DNA of 43,002 bases from Candidatus Magasanikbacteria bacterium RIFOXYC2_FULL_42_28. Lineage in GTDB: Bacteria > Patescibacteriota > Patescibacteriia > Magasanikbacterales > GWA2-37-8. The notes below the pieces were generated by a model, which saw only the letters and a program-made list of their open reading frames with translations, was not told where the DNA came from and did no database searches. Made by a program: the position numbers and the translations under genes. Shown here in pieces: positions 8,716 to 17,244 of this stretch; position 1 is the first letter of the stretch; every line of letters begins with the position of its first letter. The stretch spans positions 137 through 43,138 of the forward strand of contig MFQZ01000007.1 in assembly GCA_001784435.1 (NCBI GenBank), in the 5' to 3' direction.

Positions 8716-10181
8716 ATTCTTACATTTATATTTTTACTTTTAAGATATTTTTTTAATTCTTTAATACCAATTTGGCCATAATGAAAAACACTGGCCGCCA
8801 GAACCGCATCGGCTTTGCCGGACATAAAGGCCTGTAAAAAATCTTCCTTGGAGCCGGCGCCACTGGAAGCAATTACCGGTATTTTGACTGTTTCAGCGAT
8901 TATTTTTAATAACTCCACGTCAAAACCACGTTTGGTGCCGTCGCGGTCCAAACTATTTACCAACAATTCCCCGGCGCCATTTTTTTCCATCAAACGCGCG
9001 AACCCAACCGCGTCAACACCAGTGGGCTTATGGCCACTGTCAATAAATACTCGCCAGCCGTCGCGATACCGCTTGACGTCTAAAGAAATTACCAAACATT
9101 GAGAGCCAAACCGACGAGCGATTTGTTTAACTAAATCCGGATTACGAACGGCCGCGCTACCAAGCGATACTTTATCCACTCCGGCAGCCAATAATTTTTT
9201 TACATCGGCCAACGAATTAATCCCACCTCCAACGGTAAAAGGAATGTTAATATTTTTAGCAATTTTTTGAACGAGCGTTATTAAAGTTTTTCTTTTTTCA
9301 ATGGTCGCGGCAATATCCAAAAATACCAACTCATCCGCGCCATTCTGACTGTATAATTTTGCCAACTCCACCGCGTCGCCAATAACCGCCAACTCTTGAA
9401 AACGCTTACCTTTAACAACTAAACCATCCTTAATATCTAAACAGGGGATAATTCTTTTGGCTAAATTATCGCGCGAAAAATATTTAAACACCGACACTAA
9501 ATCAATTTGGCCTTCATAAGCCGCTTTGCCAATGACGGCACCGTCAGCACCCAAACGATTTAGTCGTCGCAACTGCGCCAAAGTAGTAATACCGCCGGCA
9601 ACCGTTACTTTAAAATTATTTTTAATAACCTTACTGGCCAAAACAAAATTTGGGCCAGAGAGCGTCCCATCGCGGGCAACATCAGTTAGCAAAATCTGTT
9701 CAACGCCTGCGGCTTTAATTAATTTCAAATATTGGTCAACACCCATTCCCACCGCCCGTCGCCATCCACGCGTCATCACTTGTCCTTCTTTAACATCAAC
9801 CGCAACCATAATTCTATCCGCGCCATAATTAGCAATTAAATTTTTTACTAAATCTTTCTTGAAAACGGCAGTGCTAAGTATCACCCGATAAAACCCTGAA
9901 TCCAAAAACTGCTTGGCGGTTTTTAAATCGCGAATTCCGCCGCCGACCGTAATCGGCAAACCGGTGGCTTGAAAAATTTTCCTAATTATTTTTTCGTTTT
10001 TAGGATAACCAAATTTAGCGCCATCTAAATCAATAACTTGCAAACACGACGCCCCACTCTCTCTAAATTGCAGAGCGGCAACGACCGGATCAACGGCATA
10101 ACGCTTAACCCGGCCGTAATCACCTTGGGTCAAACGCACACAACGTCCGGCAATAATATCAATAGCGGGAATAATTTTCAT
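8712..10181 (-). CDS. hisAF: HisA-HisF fusion (ProFAR isomerase plus imidazole glycerol phosphate synthase cyclase subunit)
   Basis: HisA N-half (IIPAIDI..GRCVRL.QG, TDVARDGTLSG) is in frame with the HisF C-half (LAKRIIPCLD, DELVFLDI, IASSGAG). Start placed at the ATG overlapping the hisH stop. Confidence 0.92.
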   Translation of the reverse strand: MKIIPAIDIIAGRCVRLTQGDYGRVKRYAVDPVVAALQFRESGASCLQVIDLDGAKFGYPKNEKIIRKIFQATGLPITVGGGIRDLKTAKQFLDSGFYRVILSTAVFKKDLVKNLIANYGADRIMVAVDVKEGQVMTRGWRRAVGMGVDQYLKLIKAAGVEQILLTDVARDGTLSGPNFVLASKVIKNNFKVTVAGGITTLAQLRRLNRLGADGAVIGKAAYEGQIDLVSVFKYFSRDNLAKRIIPCLDIKDGLVVKGKRFQELAVIGDAVELAKLYSQNGADELVFLDIAATIEKRKTLITLVQKIAKNINIPFTVGGGINSLADVKKLLAAGVDKVSLGSAAVRNPDLVKQIARRFGSQCLVISLDVKRYRDGWRVFIDSGHKPTGVDAVGFARLMEKNGAGELLVNSLDRDGTKRGFDVELLKIIAETVKIPVIASSGAGSKEDFLQAFMSGKADAVLAASVFHYGQIGIKELKKYLKSKNINVRI

Positions 10182-10762
10182 AAAGCGCAAAAATTATTTA
10201 ATAATTTCAAACCGGCTAAACCGGATTTTTCCGGGTGAAACTGAACACTATAAAAATTATCACGAGAAATAACGGCCGGAAATTCTACCCCATAATCAGT
10301 AGTGGCCAAAACATACTTAGCCGACGCTTGAAAATAATAAGAGTGAGCAAAATAAAAAAACTCATTATTATTAATTCCAGTCAATAATGGTGAACTTCGG
10401 GAAAACCGCACGCGATTCCAGCCGATCTGTGGAACTTTTAAACCAGCCGGCAACTTAAACACATTGCCCGGTATTACGGAAAGACAACTAACATTATCTT
10501 CGGCGGAAAAATCCGCCAATAATTGCATGCCGAGACATATTCCCAAAAATGGCACTCGGGTACTTTTGATAATTTTATCGATACCACTTTTTTTCAATTC
10601 ACGCCTAGCGCTTTTGGCCCGGCCCTGCCCGGGAAAAATTATTTTATTGGCTTTTTTAATTTTTCCCGGGTCAGAACTAATTTCGCAATCATAACCCAAC
10701 CCCAAAATAGCATTTTGCAGAGAGCCAACATTCCCTGATTTGTAATCAATTATAACAATCAT
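10178..10762 (-). CDS. hisH: Imidazole glycerol phosphate synthase glutaminase subunit
   Basis: Motifs GICLGMQ, YFAHSY and QFHPEKS. Confidence 0.96.
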   Translation of the reverse strand: MIVIIDYKSGNVGSLQNAILGLGYDCEISSDPGKIKKANKIIFPGQGRAKSARRELKKSGIDKIIKSTRVPFLGICLGMQLLADFSAEDNVSCLSVIPGNVFKLPAGLKVPQIGWNRVRFSRSSPLLTGINNNEFFYFAHSYYFQASAKYVLATTDYGVEFPAVISRDNFYSVQFHPEKSGLAGLKLLNNFCAL

Positions 10763-11349
10763 ATTTTTCCCTTTGTGCTCGGAACCTCTCCACTATTTTT
10801 GACATCAATAGCGACGGCCTGACGCAATGCTCGAGCCGTGGCTTTAAAGATCGCTTCCGCCATATGGTGCTCATTGCGTCCATAAGGCAGATTAATATGG
10901 ATATTGGCCCGAGCATTATCCGACAAGGCCTTAAAAAAATCTTCCAATAATTCTGTCGGCAAATCGCCAATTTTTTCTCGCCTAAATTTAACATTCCAAA
11001 CCAAATAGGAACGACCGCCAAAATCAATCACGGCTTGAGCCAAAGCTTCATCTAACGGCGCCCAAAAACCATACCGGCCGATACCGCGGCGCTCGCCCAA
11101 GGCCTGATCAATCGCTTGCCCCAAACAGATGCCAATATCCTCCACGGTGTGGTGCTCATCAATCTCTAAATCCCCTTTAGCCAAAACTGACAAATCAAAC
11201 AAAGCGTGCTTGGCCAAAGCCGAAAGCATGTGGTCTAAAAATCCTACCCCGGTATTAATGGAATATTTACCAGTGCCATCCAAATTAAGCGCTACCTCAA
11301 TTTTGGTTTCCTTGGTATTGCGGATAATTTTTGCAGTTCTATTTTTCAT
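10759..11349 (-). CDS. hisB: Imidazoleglycerol-phosphate dehydratase
   Basis: Motifs RNTKET, DEHHTVED and NEHHMAEAIFKA. Confidence 0.96.
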   Translation of the reverse strand: MKNRTAKIIRNTKETKIEVALNLDGTGKYSINTGVGFLDHMLSALAKHALFDLSVLAKGDLEIDEHHTVEDIGICLGQAIDQALGERRGIGRYGFWAPLDEALAQAVIDFGGRSYLVWNVKFRREKIGDLPTELLEDFFKALSDNARANIHINLPYGRNEHHMAEAIFKATARALRQAVAIDVKNSGEVPSTKGKI

Positions 11350-11855
11350 AAAATTACCTTAAAAGTAGTATTAGTTTTTATCTCCACGAATTTTAGCCCT
11401 AACTTTTTCGCGAATTTTTTATCGGTATGGCTATTCCCTATTACCACGCTGTTCACTCGATCAATATTTTCCATCATCGGCAAATTATCAACTAAACCGG
11501 TCTTTGGTTTGCGACAGTTGCAATCATCAACTGGCAAGTGCGGACAAATTAAAATCATCTCAAAAATAATTCCACTATCTTCACATATCTCTAATAATTT
11601 ATTTTGCGGGCTATCGAAACTCGGCCGCGGAAATATCTCAGCACCAAGTCCATCTTGATTGGAAATCATCACCAACCGATACCCAGCCGCCACCAATTTT
11701 TGCAAACCATCAATAACGCCTGGCAAAATTTTTAGTTTTCCTAAGCTGTCAATTTGATAAGGAACATCACCTGGTTTGATTTCTTGTGGCGTTGGTTCGT
11801 GAATCAAAGTCCCGTCCCGATCAATAAAAGCGTATTTGGTTAATTGTCCAGACAT
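11346..11855 (-). CDS. Histidinol-phosphatase, HAD family (HisB-N/GmhB-like)
   Basis: Motifs FIDRDGTL, ISNQDGLG and CPH....CNCRKP; located inside the his operon. Confidence 0.88.
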   Translation of the reverse strand: MSGQLTKYAFIDRDGTLIHEPTPQEIKPGDVPYQIDSLGKLKILPGVIDGLQKLVAAGYRLVMISNQDGLGAEIFPRPSFDSPQNKLLEICEDSGIIFEMILICPHLPVDDCNCRKPKTGLVDNLPMMENIDRVNSVVIGNSHTDKKFAKKLGLKFVEIKTNTTFKVIL

Positions 11856-12907
11856 ACTTTTTTATAAACTTCAATAAACTGACGCGTCTGGGCCGCGGTG
11901 CCAAAACTTAACCGCAAAGTCCCATCAAATCCATAACCACGACGCGGCCGAAGCAAAAAACCATTCTCTTTAAGAGCCAGGAATACCTTTTCGGGATTAA
12001 CAGGACGAAATAAAATAAAATCCGCGACGCTCGGGTAGAAAAAAATTTTATTATCAGTAAAAAATTTCTCCACGAGCGGTTTAGACACAGCCATCACTTC
12101 CCGCACATACGCGCGTAATGGCTCTAAATTACCCAACACCGCCCGCACGGCCGCGAGCGCGACCATATTCACATCATATGGTCCACGAATTTTAATCAAT
12201 TCATCAATCACAGCGGGCGCGGCAACCACATAGCCCACTCGTAAAGCGGCCAAACCAAAGGCCTTGGAAAATGTACGAGTAATAATCAAATTAGGATAAC
12301 TGGATAACAATGACGTCGCCGACTCACCCGAATACTCCACATAGGCCTCGTCAACCAACACCACCGCTTTTTTGGCCACATCCAAAATCCGCCTGATATC
12401 AGCGACTGGAAGCAAAGTTGCCGTCGGATTATTGGGGTTACAAACTACAATTAGTTTGACCCCATCGTCAATGGCATCTAACACCGCCGGCAATGGAAAC
12501 GCCCCACTAGCGCGATCATATTGTGGTGTCAGAACCTCATTACCGCTTACTCCGGCGCACTGATAGAACATCGCGAAACTGGGTGATGGTATAATTACCT
12601 TATCACCCTCGCCAGCAAAAGCCCGAAAGATCAAATCAATGGCTTGGTCCGAACCATTAGACAATAAAATATTTTCCGCCTTAACTCCGGCATATTGCGC
12701 CACCAGTTGATTGACATCGCCATACTCCGGGTAACACTGTAAACGATTTTCCGCTACAAACTTAACTAAAGCCGCGTCAACAACTTGCCCATACGGCTCG
12801 GTGCGTTCATTAAAATCCAACAAAAACCCGCGGTAAGCGCGCCGGCCGCTAAGGGGTGGGCAATAGGGCGCCAACCGCGCGACTGATTTTCTCACTAAAT
12901 TATTCAT
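11840..12907 (-). CDS. hisC: Histidinol-phosphate aminotransferase
   Basis: Motifs NGSD, NPNNPT, DEAY and RTFSKAFGLAALRVGY. Confidence 0.94.
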   Translation of the reverse strand: MNNLVRKSVARLAPYCPPLSGRRAYRGFLLDFNERTEPYGQVVDAALVKFVAENRLQCYPEYGDVNQLVAQYAGVKAENILLSNGSDQAIDLIFRAFAGEGDKVIIPSPSFAMFYQCAGVSGNEVLTPQYDRASGAFPLPAVLDAIDDGVKLIVVCNPNNPTATLLPVADIRRILDVAKKAVVLVDEAYVEYSGESATSLLSSYPNLIITRTFSKAFGLAALRVGYVVAAPAVIDELIKIRGPYDVNMVALAAVRAVLGNLEPLRAYVREVMAVSKPLVEKFFTDNKIFFYPSVADFILFRPVNPEKVFLALKENGFLLRPRRGYGFDGTLRLSFGTAAQTRQFIEVYKKVCLDN

Positions 12908-12911
12908 ACAA

Positions 12912-14213
12912 TTATTTTTCCTTAAATCTCACCGCGCCAGAAAATTCGTGAACCGGTAATTTTTCTACGCGCGCGAAAACTTGAATAGTGCGACGAATTT
13001 TTTTCAATCCGCCTTTACTGACTTGCTGATACTCCACGAGCCGTACAAAATCAAACACCGATAAACCGGAAAACATCTTGGCAGACCCACCGGTTGGTAG
13101 GACGTGGTTGGCACCGGTAGCATAATCGCCGGCTGATTTACAAGTGTAAGGGCCAATAAACACCGAACCGGCATTGGTGATTTTTTTAGCGATAGCGCGG
13201 GCGCGCTTAGTCATAATTTGAATGTGCTCGGGCGCGTAGTCATTGGCAAAATCCACGGCTTCGCCCAAAGTTTTAACTGTGGCAAAAAGTCCATAACTTT
13301 TTAATGATTTCTTGACGCGATTGCCGGTAGAAAAATTATCCACGGTATTTTTAATTATCTTAATGACGCGCCGGGCTAATTGCAACGAAGTACTAAGTAG
13401 CACCGCGGCCGAATCTTCGGCGTGCTCGCTATCACACATTAAATCCGCGGCCACAAATTCGGGGTTAGCGGTCTTATCGGCGATAATCAGCACCTCCGAA
13501 GGCCCGGCCGGGCTGTCTATCGCCACCTCGCCCTGCCGCGAGACAATCATCTTGGCCGTGGCCACATAAGCATTGCCCGGTCCAACAATTTTGTAAACTT
13601 TGGGAATGGTCTCGGTGCCATACGCCAAGGCCGCTATCGCCTGCGCGCCGGATATTTTAAAAATATCTTTTACGCCCAGATAATTAGCCGCCACCAAAAC
13701 TTCGGGAGCAACCGAACCATCCGGCCGCGGTGGCGTGGTAATAATTATTTTTTTACAGCCAGCAATTTGCGCCGGAATTACGCTCATCAAAACCGAAGAG
13801 GGATAACTGGCAAGACCACCGGGCACATACACTCCCACGATTTCAATCGGTTGCCATTTTTTCCAAACCTTAATACCACAGAGTGGAGACACAAGTGATT
13901 GTGCTTCTAACGAAATTTGTTTGTTGTGTACTAAACGTATATTATTTGCCGCCTGCTTCAAAGCAATCACAAAATCATCACTAACAACTGATTGGGCTTT
14001 ATTAATCTCTTCTTTAGAAACACGCAAATTTCGAAGACACATACCATTTAAACTTTTCATATACTTTTTAACAGCCACATCACCCATATTTTTTACATCA
14101 ACAACAATATCTTCCACCACTTTTAAAACGGAATTATCATTCTTACCCCGGCGGGCCATGACCGACTGAAACCTCGAACTATTTTTAAATTGTTTTAACT
14201 TTATTACTTGCAT
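12912..14213 (-). CDS. hisD: Histidinol dehydrogenase
   Basis: Motifs GVYVPGG, GPGNAYV, AGPSE, APEH and GDY..G.NHVLPT. Start moved to the MQVIK ATG. Confidence 0.95.
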   Translation of the reverse strand: MQVIKLKQFKNSSRFQSVMARRGKNDNSVLKVVEDIVVDVKNMGDVAVKKYMKSLNGMCLRNLRVSKEEINKAQSVVSDDFVIALKQAANNIRLVHNKQISLEAQSLVSPLCGIKVWKKWQPIEIVGVYVPGGLASYPSSVLMSVIPAQIAGCKKIIITTPPRPDGSVAPEVLVAANYLGVKDIFKISGAQAIAALAYGTETIPKVYKIVGPGNAYVATAKMIVSRQGEVAIDSPAGPSEVLIIADKTANPEFVAADLMCDSEHAEDSAAVLLSTSLQLARRVIKIIKNTVDNFSTGNRVKKSLKSYGLFATVKTLGEAVDFANDYAPEHIQIMTKRARAIAKKITNAGSVFIGPYTCKSAGDYATGANHVLPTGGSAKMFSGLSVFDFVRLVEYQQVSKGGLKKIRRTIQVFARVEKLPVHEFSGAVRFKEK

Positions 14214-14829
14214 ATATATATTTTTCCTTAAAACTATCAACATTATTTCTATTCGCGCCTTCAATCATAACAGCTTGTGAGCGTAAAATTGTGGCCAATG
14301 GCTTCAGACCATACTTACGCAACGTATCACCTGTTTGGGTAATATCACAGACCGCATCAGCAATATTTAATAATGGCGCGATTTCTACTGATCCGTTAAT
14401 TTCAATTACATTAGCAATAATTCCATTTTCATTTAAATACCGACGTAAACTATTAGGATAAGAAGTGGCGATACGTTTGTTTTGTAATTTAGTTACCGAA
14501 TTTATTCCAGAATTAATCGAAGCCGCGATGACTAATGAACACCGACCAAATTCAAATTGATTCGTAACCGGATAACATTCATCTCTCTCATAAAGCGTAT
14601 TTAAACCGACAATTCCAAAATCCGCCGCACCCGTCCTTACATATTCCGGAATATCGCGATTTCGGACCAACAACACATCAACCGGGGCATTCTGGCAAGA
14701 CACAATCAAATCATTCGACTCTCCGATTCCAAAATACAAACCTATTGAATTCAGATAATCAAAGCTTGGCACTCGCAATCGCCCCCTTTTTTGCACAGCT
14801 ATTTTTATCCTATTTTCATTAATTAACAT
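14185..14829 (-). CDS. hisG: ATP phosphoribosyltransferase, 214 aa, without the C-terminal regulatory domain
   Basis: Motifs IAVQKRGRL, DIP.YV..G.ADFGIVG, IATSYP and GSVEIAP...ADAVCDI.QTG.TL. Confidence 0.93.
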   Translation of the reverse strand: MLINENRIKIAVQKRGRLRVPSFDYLNSIGLYFGIGESNDLIVSCQNAPVDVLLVRNRDIPEYVRTGAADFGIVGLNTLYERDECYPVTNQFEFGRCSLVIAASINSGINSVTKLQNKRIATSYPNSLRRYLNENGIIANVIEINGSVEIAPLLNIADAVCDITQTGDTLRKYGLKPLATILRSQAVMIEGANRNNVDSFKEKYIYASNKVKTI

Positions 14830-14851
14830 AATATATACTCTTCTAATAAAC

Positions 14852-14877
14852 AAAAAATCGCCTTAATTAGCGATTTT
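14852..14877 (-). terminator. Putative attenuator terminator upstream of hisG
   Basis: Minus strand AAAATCGC-TAATTAAG-GCGATTTT followed by TTGTTT. Confidence 0.6.
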
Positions 14878-14910
14878 GCCTTAAATAACAAACCTACCGG
14901 AGATTTATTA

Positions 14911-14964
14911 TCAAAGGCGATTTTTGTGATGGTTTAAATTTTGTTTGCTTTTTTGTAATTTCAT
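14911..14964 (-). CDS. Putative his operon leader peptide MKLQKSKQNLNHHKNRL
   Basis: 17-codon ORF with tandem CAT-CAC, lying between the promoter and the terminator. Confidence 0.6.
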   Translation of the reverse strand: MKLQKSKQNLNHHKNRL

Positions 14965-14972
14965 ATTGTATC

Positions 14973-15012
14973 AATGTATTAATACATTAACACACTACTA
15001 AACTATTGTCAA
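14973..15012 (-). promoter_or_regulatory. sigma70 promoter of the his operon overlapped by a 16-bp palindromic operator
   Basis: TTGACA (15007-15012), 17 bp, TG-n-TAATGT (14984-14989); perfect palindrome AATGTATTAATACATT at 14973-14988. Confidence 0.7.
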
Positions 15013-15044
15013 ACCAAACCTGTGGATAACTTAAAAACACTCCG

Positions 15045-15338
15045 CTAAACGGAGTGTTTTTTCTTTTTGTTTAATACCGCCTTATAACCCCCTTCACCAT
15101 GTTCGAGCCACAATGCAATTCGAGTAATCGTCGTGGTGGAAACCTTGGCGATACTACTAATTTTTCGATAAGACATGCCTTTTGCCAGCATCTCCGCGAC
15201 CTCAAATCGCGCTGATAATTCTTCTAATTCTTCCAAAGTGCACAAGTCACGCAAAAAATTTAACATTTGCTCACTATCTTTCAAACTTAAAAAGGCGTCG
15301 GCTAATTTTTTTAATTTTTGGGTGCGATAAGTTTTCAT
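15045..15338 (-). CDS. YerC/YecD family TrpR-related repressor (HisR-like)
   Basis: Motifs FLRDLCT..E...L..R, Y..I......STTTITR and G.GGY. Confidence 0.9.
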   Translation of the reverse strand: MKTYRTQKLKKLADAFLSLKDSEQMLNFLRDLCTLEELEELSARFEVAEMLAKGMSYRKISSIAKVSTTTITRIALWLEHGEGGYKAVLNKKKKHSV

Positions 15339-15366
15339 AAAAAAACTAAAAAGTTAATCAAATATC

Positions 15367-15582
15367 CTAAACAGCATTATACGTGTTATCATTTCTTTTT
15401 TCAACTGCCAACAAATAAATTTGTCCGTCTTGCAGGCGATAAATAATTCTGATCTTGCCTTTTCTAATTCTAAAAATGTTCTCGTGGCCTTTTAATTTTT
15501 TTAAATCCAAAACTATTTTTTTGACCAACGCGCGTTCAGAGGCAGAAAATTTATTTAACGCTTTGGTAATTTTATCTACCAT
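15367..15582 (-). CDS. RelE/ParE-like toxin (short)
   Basis: KKLKG...FRIRKG.IRIIY...KR....Y motif; lies downstream of a Phd-like gene. Confidence 0.7.
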   Translation of the reverse strand: MVDKITKALNKFSASERALVKKIVLDLKKLKGHENIFRIRKGKIRIIYRLQDGQIYLLAVEKRNDNTYNAV

Positions 15583-15592
15583 ATTAAATTTT

Positions 15593-15817
15593 TTAAAGCC
15601 GAGCCAGAATCTCTTCAATTTTCACTCCCCCTCTTTTAATTTTGGTGAAATCAACTACTTCTTCCCACATTGATTCATGGTCCACCGGATTAATACTAAA
15701 TACCGGTTGCGACCGACGCACCACCACAAAACTATTACCTTGGGCGACTTTTGTGATAAAATCAGCTAAATTTTCTCGCAATTCCTTCACCCCCACGATT
15801 TTTTCTAGATTGGACAT
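15593..15817 (-). CDS. Phd/YefM-like antitoxin
   Basis: VGVKELRENL..FI..V..G.SFVV.RRS.PVF; upstream palindrome TTAAAG-N5-CTTTAA. Confidence 0.75.
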   Translation of the reverse strand: MSNLEKIVGVKELRENLADFITKVAQGNSFVVVRRSQPVFSINPVDHESMWEEVVDFTKIKRGGVKIEEILARL

Positions 15818-15894
15818 AAAATTAAAGTTAATCTTTAAGTTATCTATAGTTTAACATGTAAATCGGCTATTGTCAACCAATTTTCAAACCCCAA

Positions 15895-15975
15895 TTATTC
15901 CGTCTTAACCTCCCTCCGCCCATACCAAAACGCCACCAAAAAAGTGGTTAACGGCACCGCCATCACCAAACTGCA
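15895..15975 (-). pseudogene. Possible 3' remnant of a YibE/F-family membrane protein gene
   Basis: The tail SLVMAVPLTTFLVAFWYG resembles the YibE/F C-terminal helix (from memory); the upstream part is occupied by the fur promoter. Confidence 0.3.
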
Positions 15976-16003
15976 CTTATCCACACCTATCCCAATATCC
16001 CTC

Positions 16004-16032
16004 TTGACAAATGCGACAAAGTCGCATATTAT
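16004..16032 (+). promoter_or_regulatory. Promoter with a Fur/Zur-type operator
   Basis: TTGACA-17-TATTAT with palindrome ATGCGAC-AAA-GTCGCAT (16011-16027) in the spacer. Confidence 0.7.
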
Positions 16033-16056
16033 ATAAACTAAGGAGCTGTAAAAAAT

Positions 16057-16485
16057 ATGGAACAACATTCTCCCTCTAAAAAAATTAAAAGCATCTTGGC
16101 CGACCGCAAGGCCTATACCACCCCCCACCGGCAGGCAATAGTGAACCTGCTCGCGCAGTCAAAGCCAATGTCGGCCCAAGATATAATATCCGCTTTAAAA
16201 AAAGCCGACATCAATCGCGCTACTGTTTACCGCGAGCTAAAATTTTTGAAAGAATTGGGATTAATTGAAGAACTGCAATTGCCCGGCCGCAAAAAATATT
16301 ACGAAATCCAAAAACACCATCACCATCATCTAATTTGCACCCGTTGCCACACCATCAAACAATTGGAACTGCCTCGTCTGGTTTGCAAATTACTCGCCGA
16401 CATTACTTACATTAATAACTGTACGATTACTAATCATAATTTAGAATTTAGCGGGCTGTGCAACCGCTGTCAAAAATACTTATGA
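16057..16485 (+). CDS. Fur-family transcriptional regulator (probably Zur)
   Basis: Motifs ATVYR.L, HHHHLICxxC and GxCxxC; adjacent to a ZIP transporter. Confidence 0.9.
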   Translation: MEQHSPSKKIKSILADRKAYTTPHRQAIVNLLAQSKPMSAQDIISALKKADINRATVYRELKFLKELGLIEELQLPGRKKYYEIQKHHHHHLICTRCHTIKQLELPRLVCKLLADITYINNCTITNHNLEFSGLCNRCQKYL

Positions 16486-17231
16486 CCGAAATTTATCTTT
16501 TCACTTTGGCCAGCGTCCTAATTATCAGCATTGTATCACTAGTCGGCATTGTTTTCGTCGGCCTGTCTGACGAAAAACTGAAAAAAATTCTCATTTACAT
16601 GGTGAGTTTTTCCGCCGGCGCGCTGTTTGCTGATGTCTTTATACACCTTCTGCCCGAAACCACCGACACCAACGGCAAACTTTTTACTCCGCTTATCTTA
16701 ATCGGCGGACTGGTGGTATCATTTGCCTTAGAAAAAATTATTCACTGGCACCATTGCCATTTGCCCCATGGCCACGACCACGCCCACCCCTTTGCCATTA
16801 TGAATTTAGTGGGCGACACCTTGCATAATTTTATTGACGGCATGATTATCGCCGCGTCGTATCTGGTCAGCATCCCGGCCGGCATCGCCACGACCGTAGC
16901 CGTGGTATTCCACGAAATCCCGCAAGAAATTGGCGACTTCGGCGTACTTTTACACGGCGGTTTTAGCAAGAAAAAAGCAATTTTGATGAATTTAATCACC
17001 GCGCTGTCAGCGATTGTTGGTGCTATCATTGTTCTCGTCATTGGCACGTCTTCGGAACATTTAACTGCGTGGCTCATCCCCTTTGCCGCCGGTAATTTTA
17101 TTTACATCGCCGGCTCGGATTTAATTCCGCAATTACATAAAGAAGAGCCGGGAATCAAAAGCGCGCTCTGGCAATTAACCTGGTTTTGTTTGGGGGTGGC
17201 GATTATCGCGGCGTTGATTTTGGTGGAGTAA
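16482..17231 (+). CDS. ZIP-family zinc transporter
   Basis: Motifs HLLPE, His-rich loop, HNFIDG and HEIPQEIGDF; ATG overlaps the fur stop. Confidence 0.92.
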   Translation: MTEIYLFTLASVLIISIVSLVGIVFVGLSDEKLKKILIYMVSFSAGALFADVFIHLLPETTDTNGKLFTPLILIGGLVVSFALEKIIHWHHCHLPHGHDHAHPFAIMNLVGDTLHNFIDGMIIAASYLVSIPAGIATTVAVVFHEIPQEIGDFGVLLHGGFSKKKAILMNLITALSAIVGAIIVLVIGTSSEHLTAWLIPFAAGNFIYIAGSDLIPQLHKEEPGIKSALWQLTWFCLGVAIIAALILVE

Positions 17232-17244
17232 ATAAATTAAATTT

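Noticed and set aside
14830-14970. T-box riboswitch upstream of the his operon or tRNA-Asn
   Set aside because: No T-box consensus (AAnnnGGTGGnACC) is visible in either leader, and the leaders are too short.
15021-15985. Two perfect DnaA boxes (15021-15029 and 15977-15985) as a replication origin
   Set aside because: They are isolated single boxes about 1 kb apart, with no cluster, no unwinding element and no dnaA/dnaN nearby.
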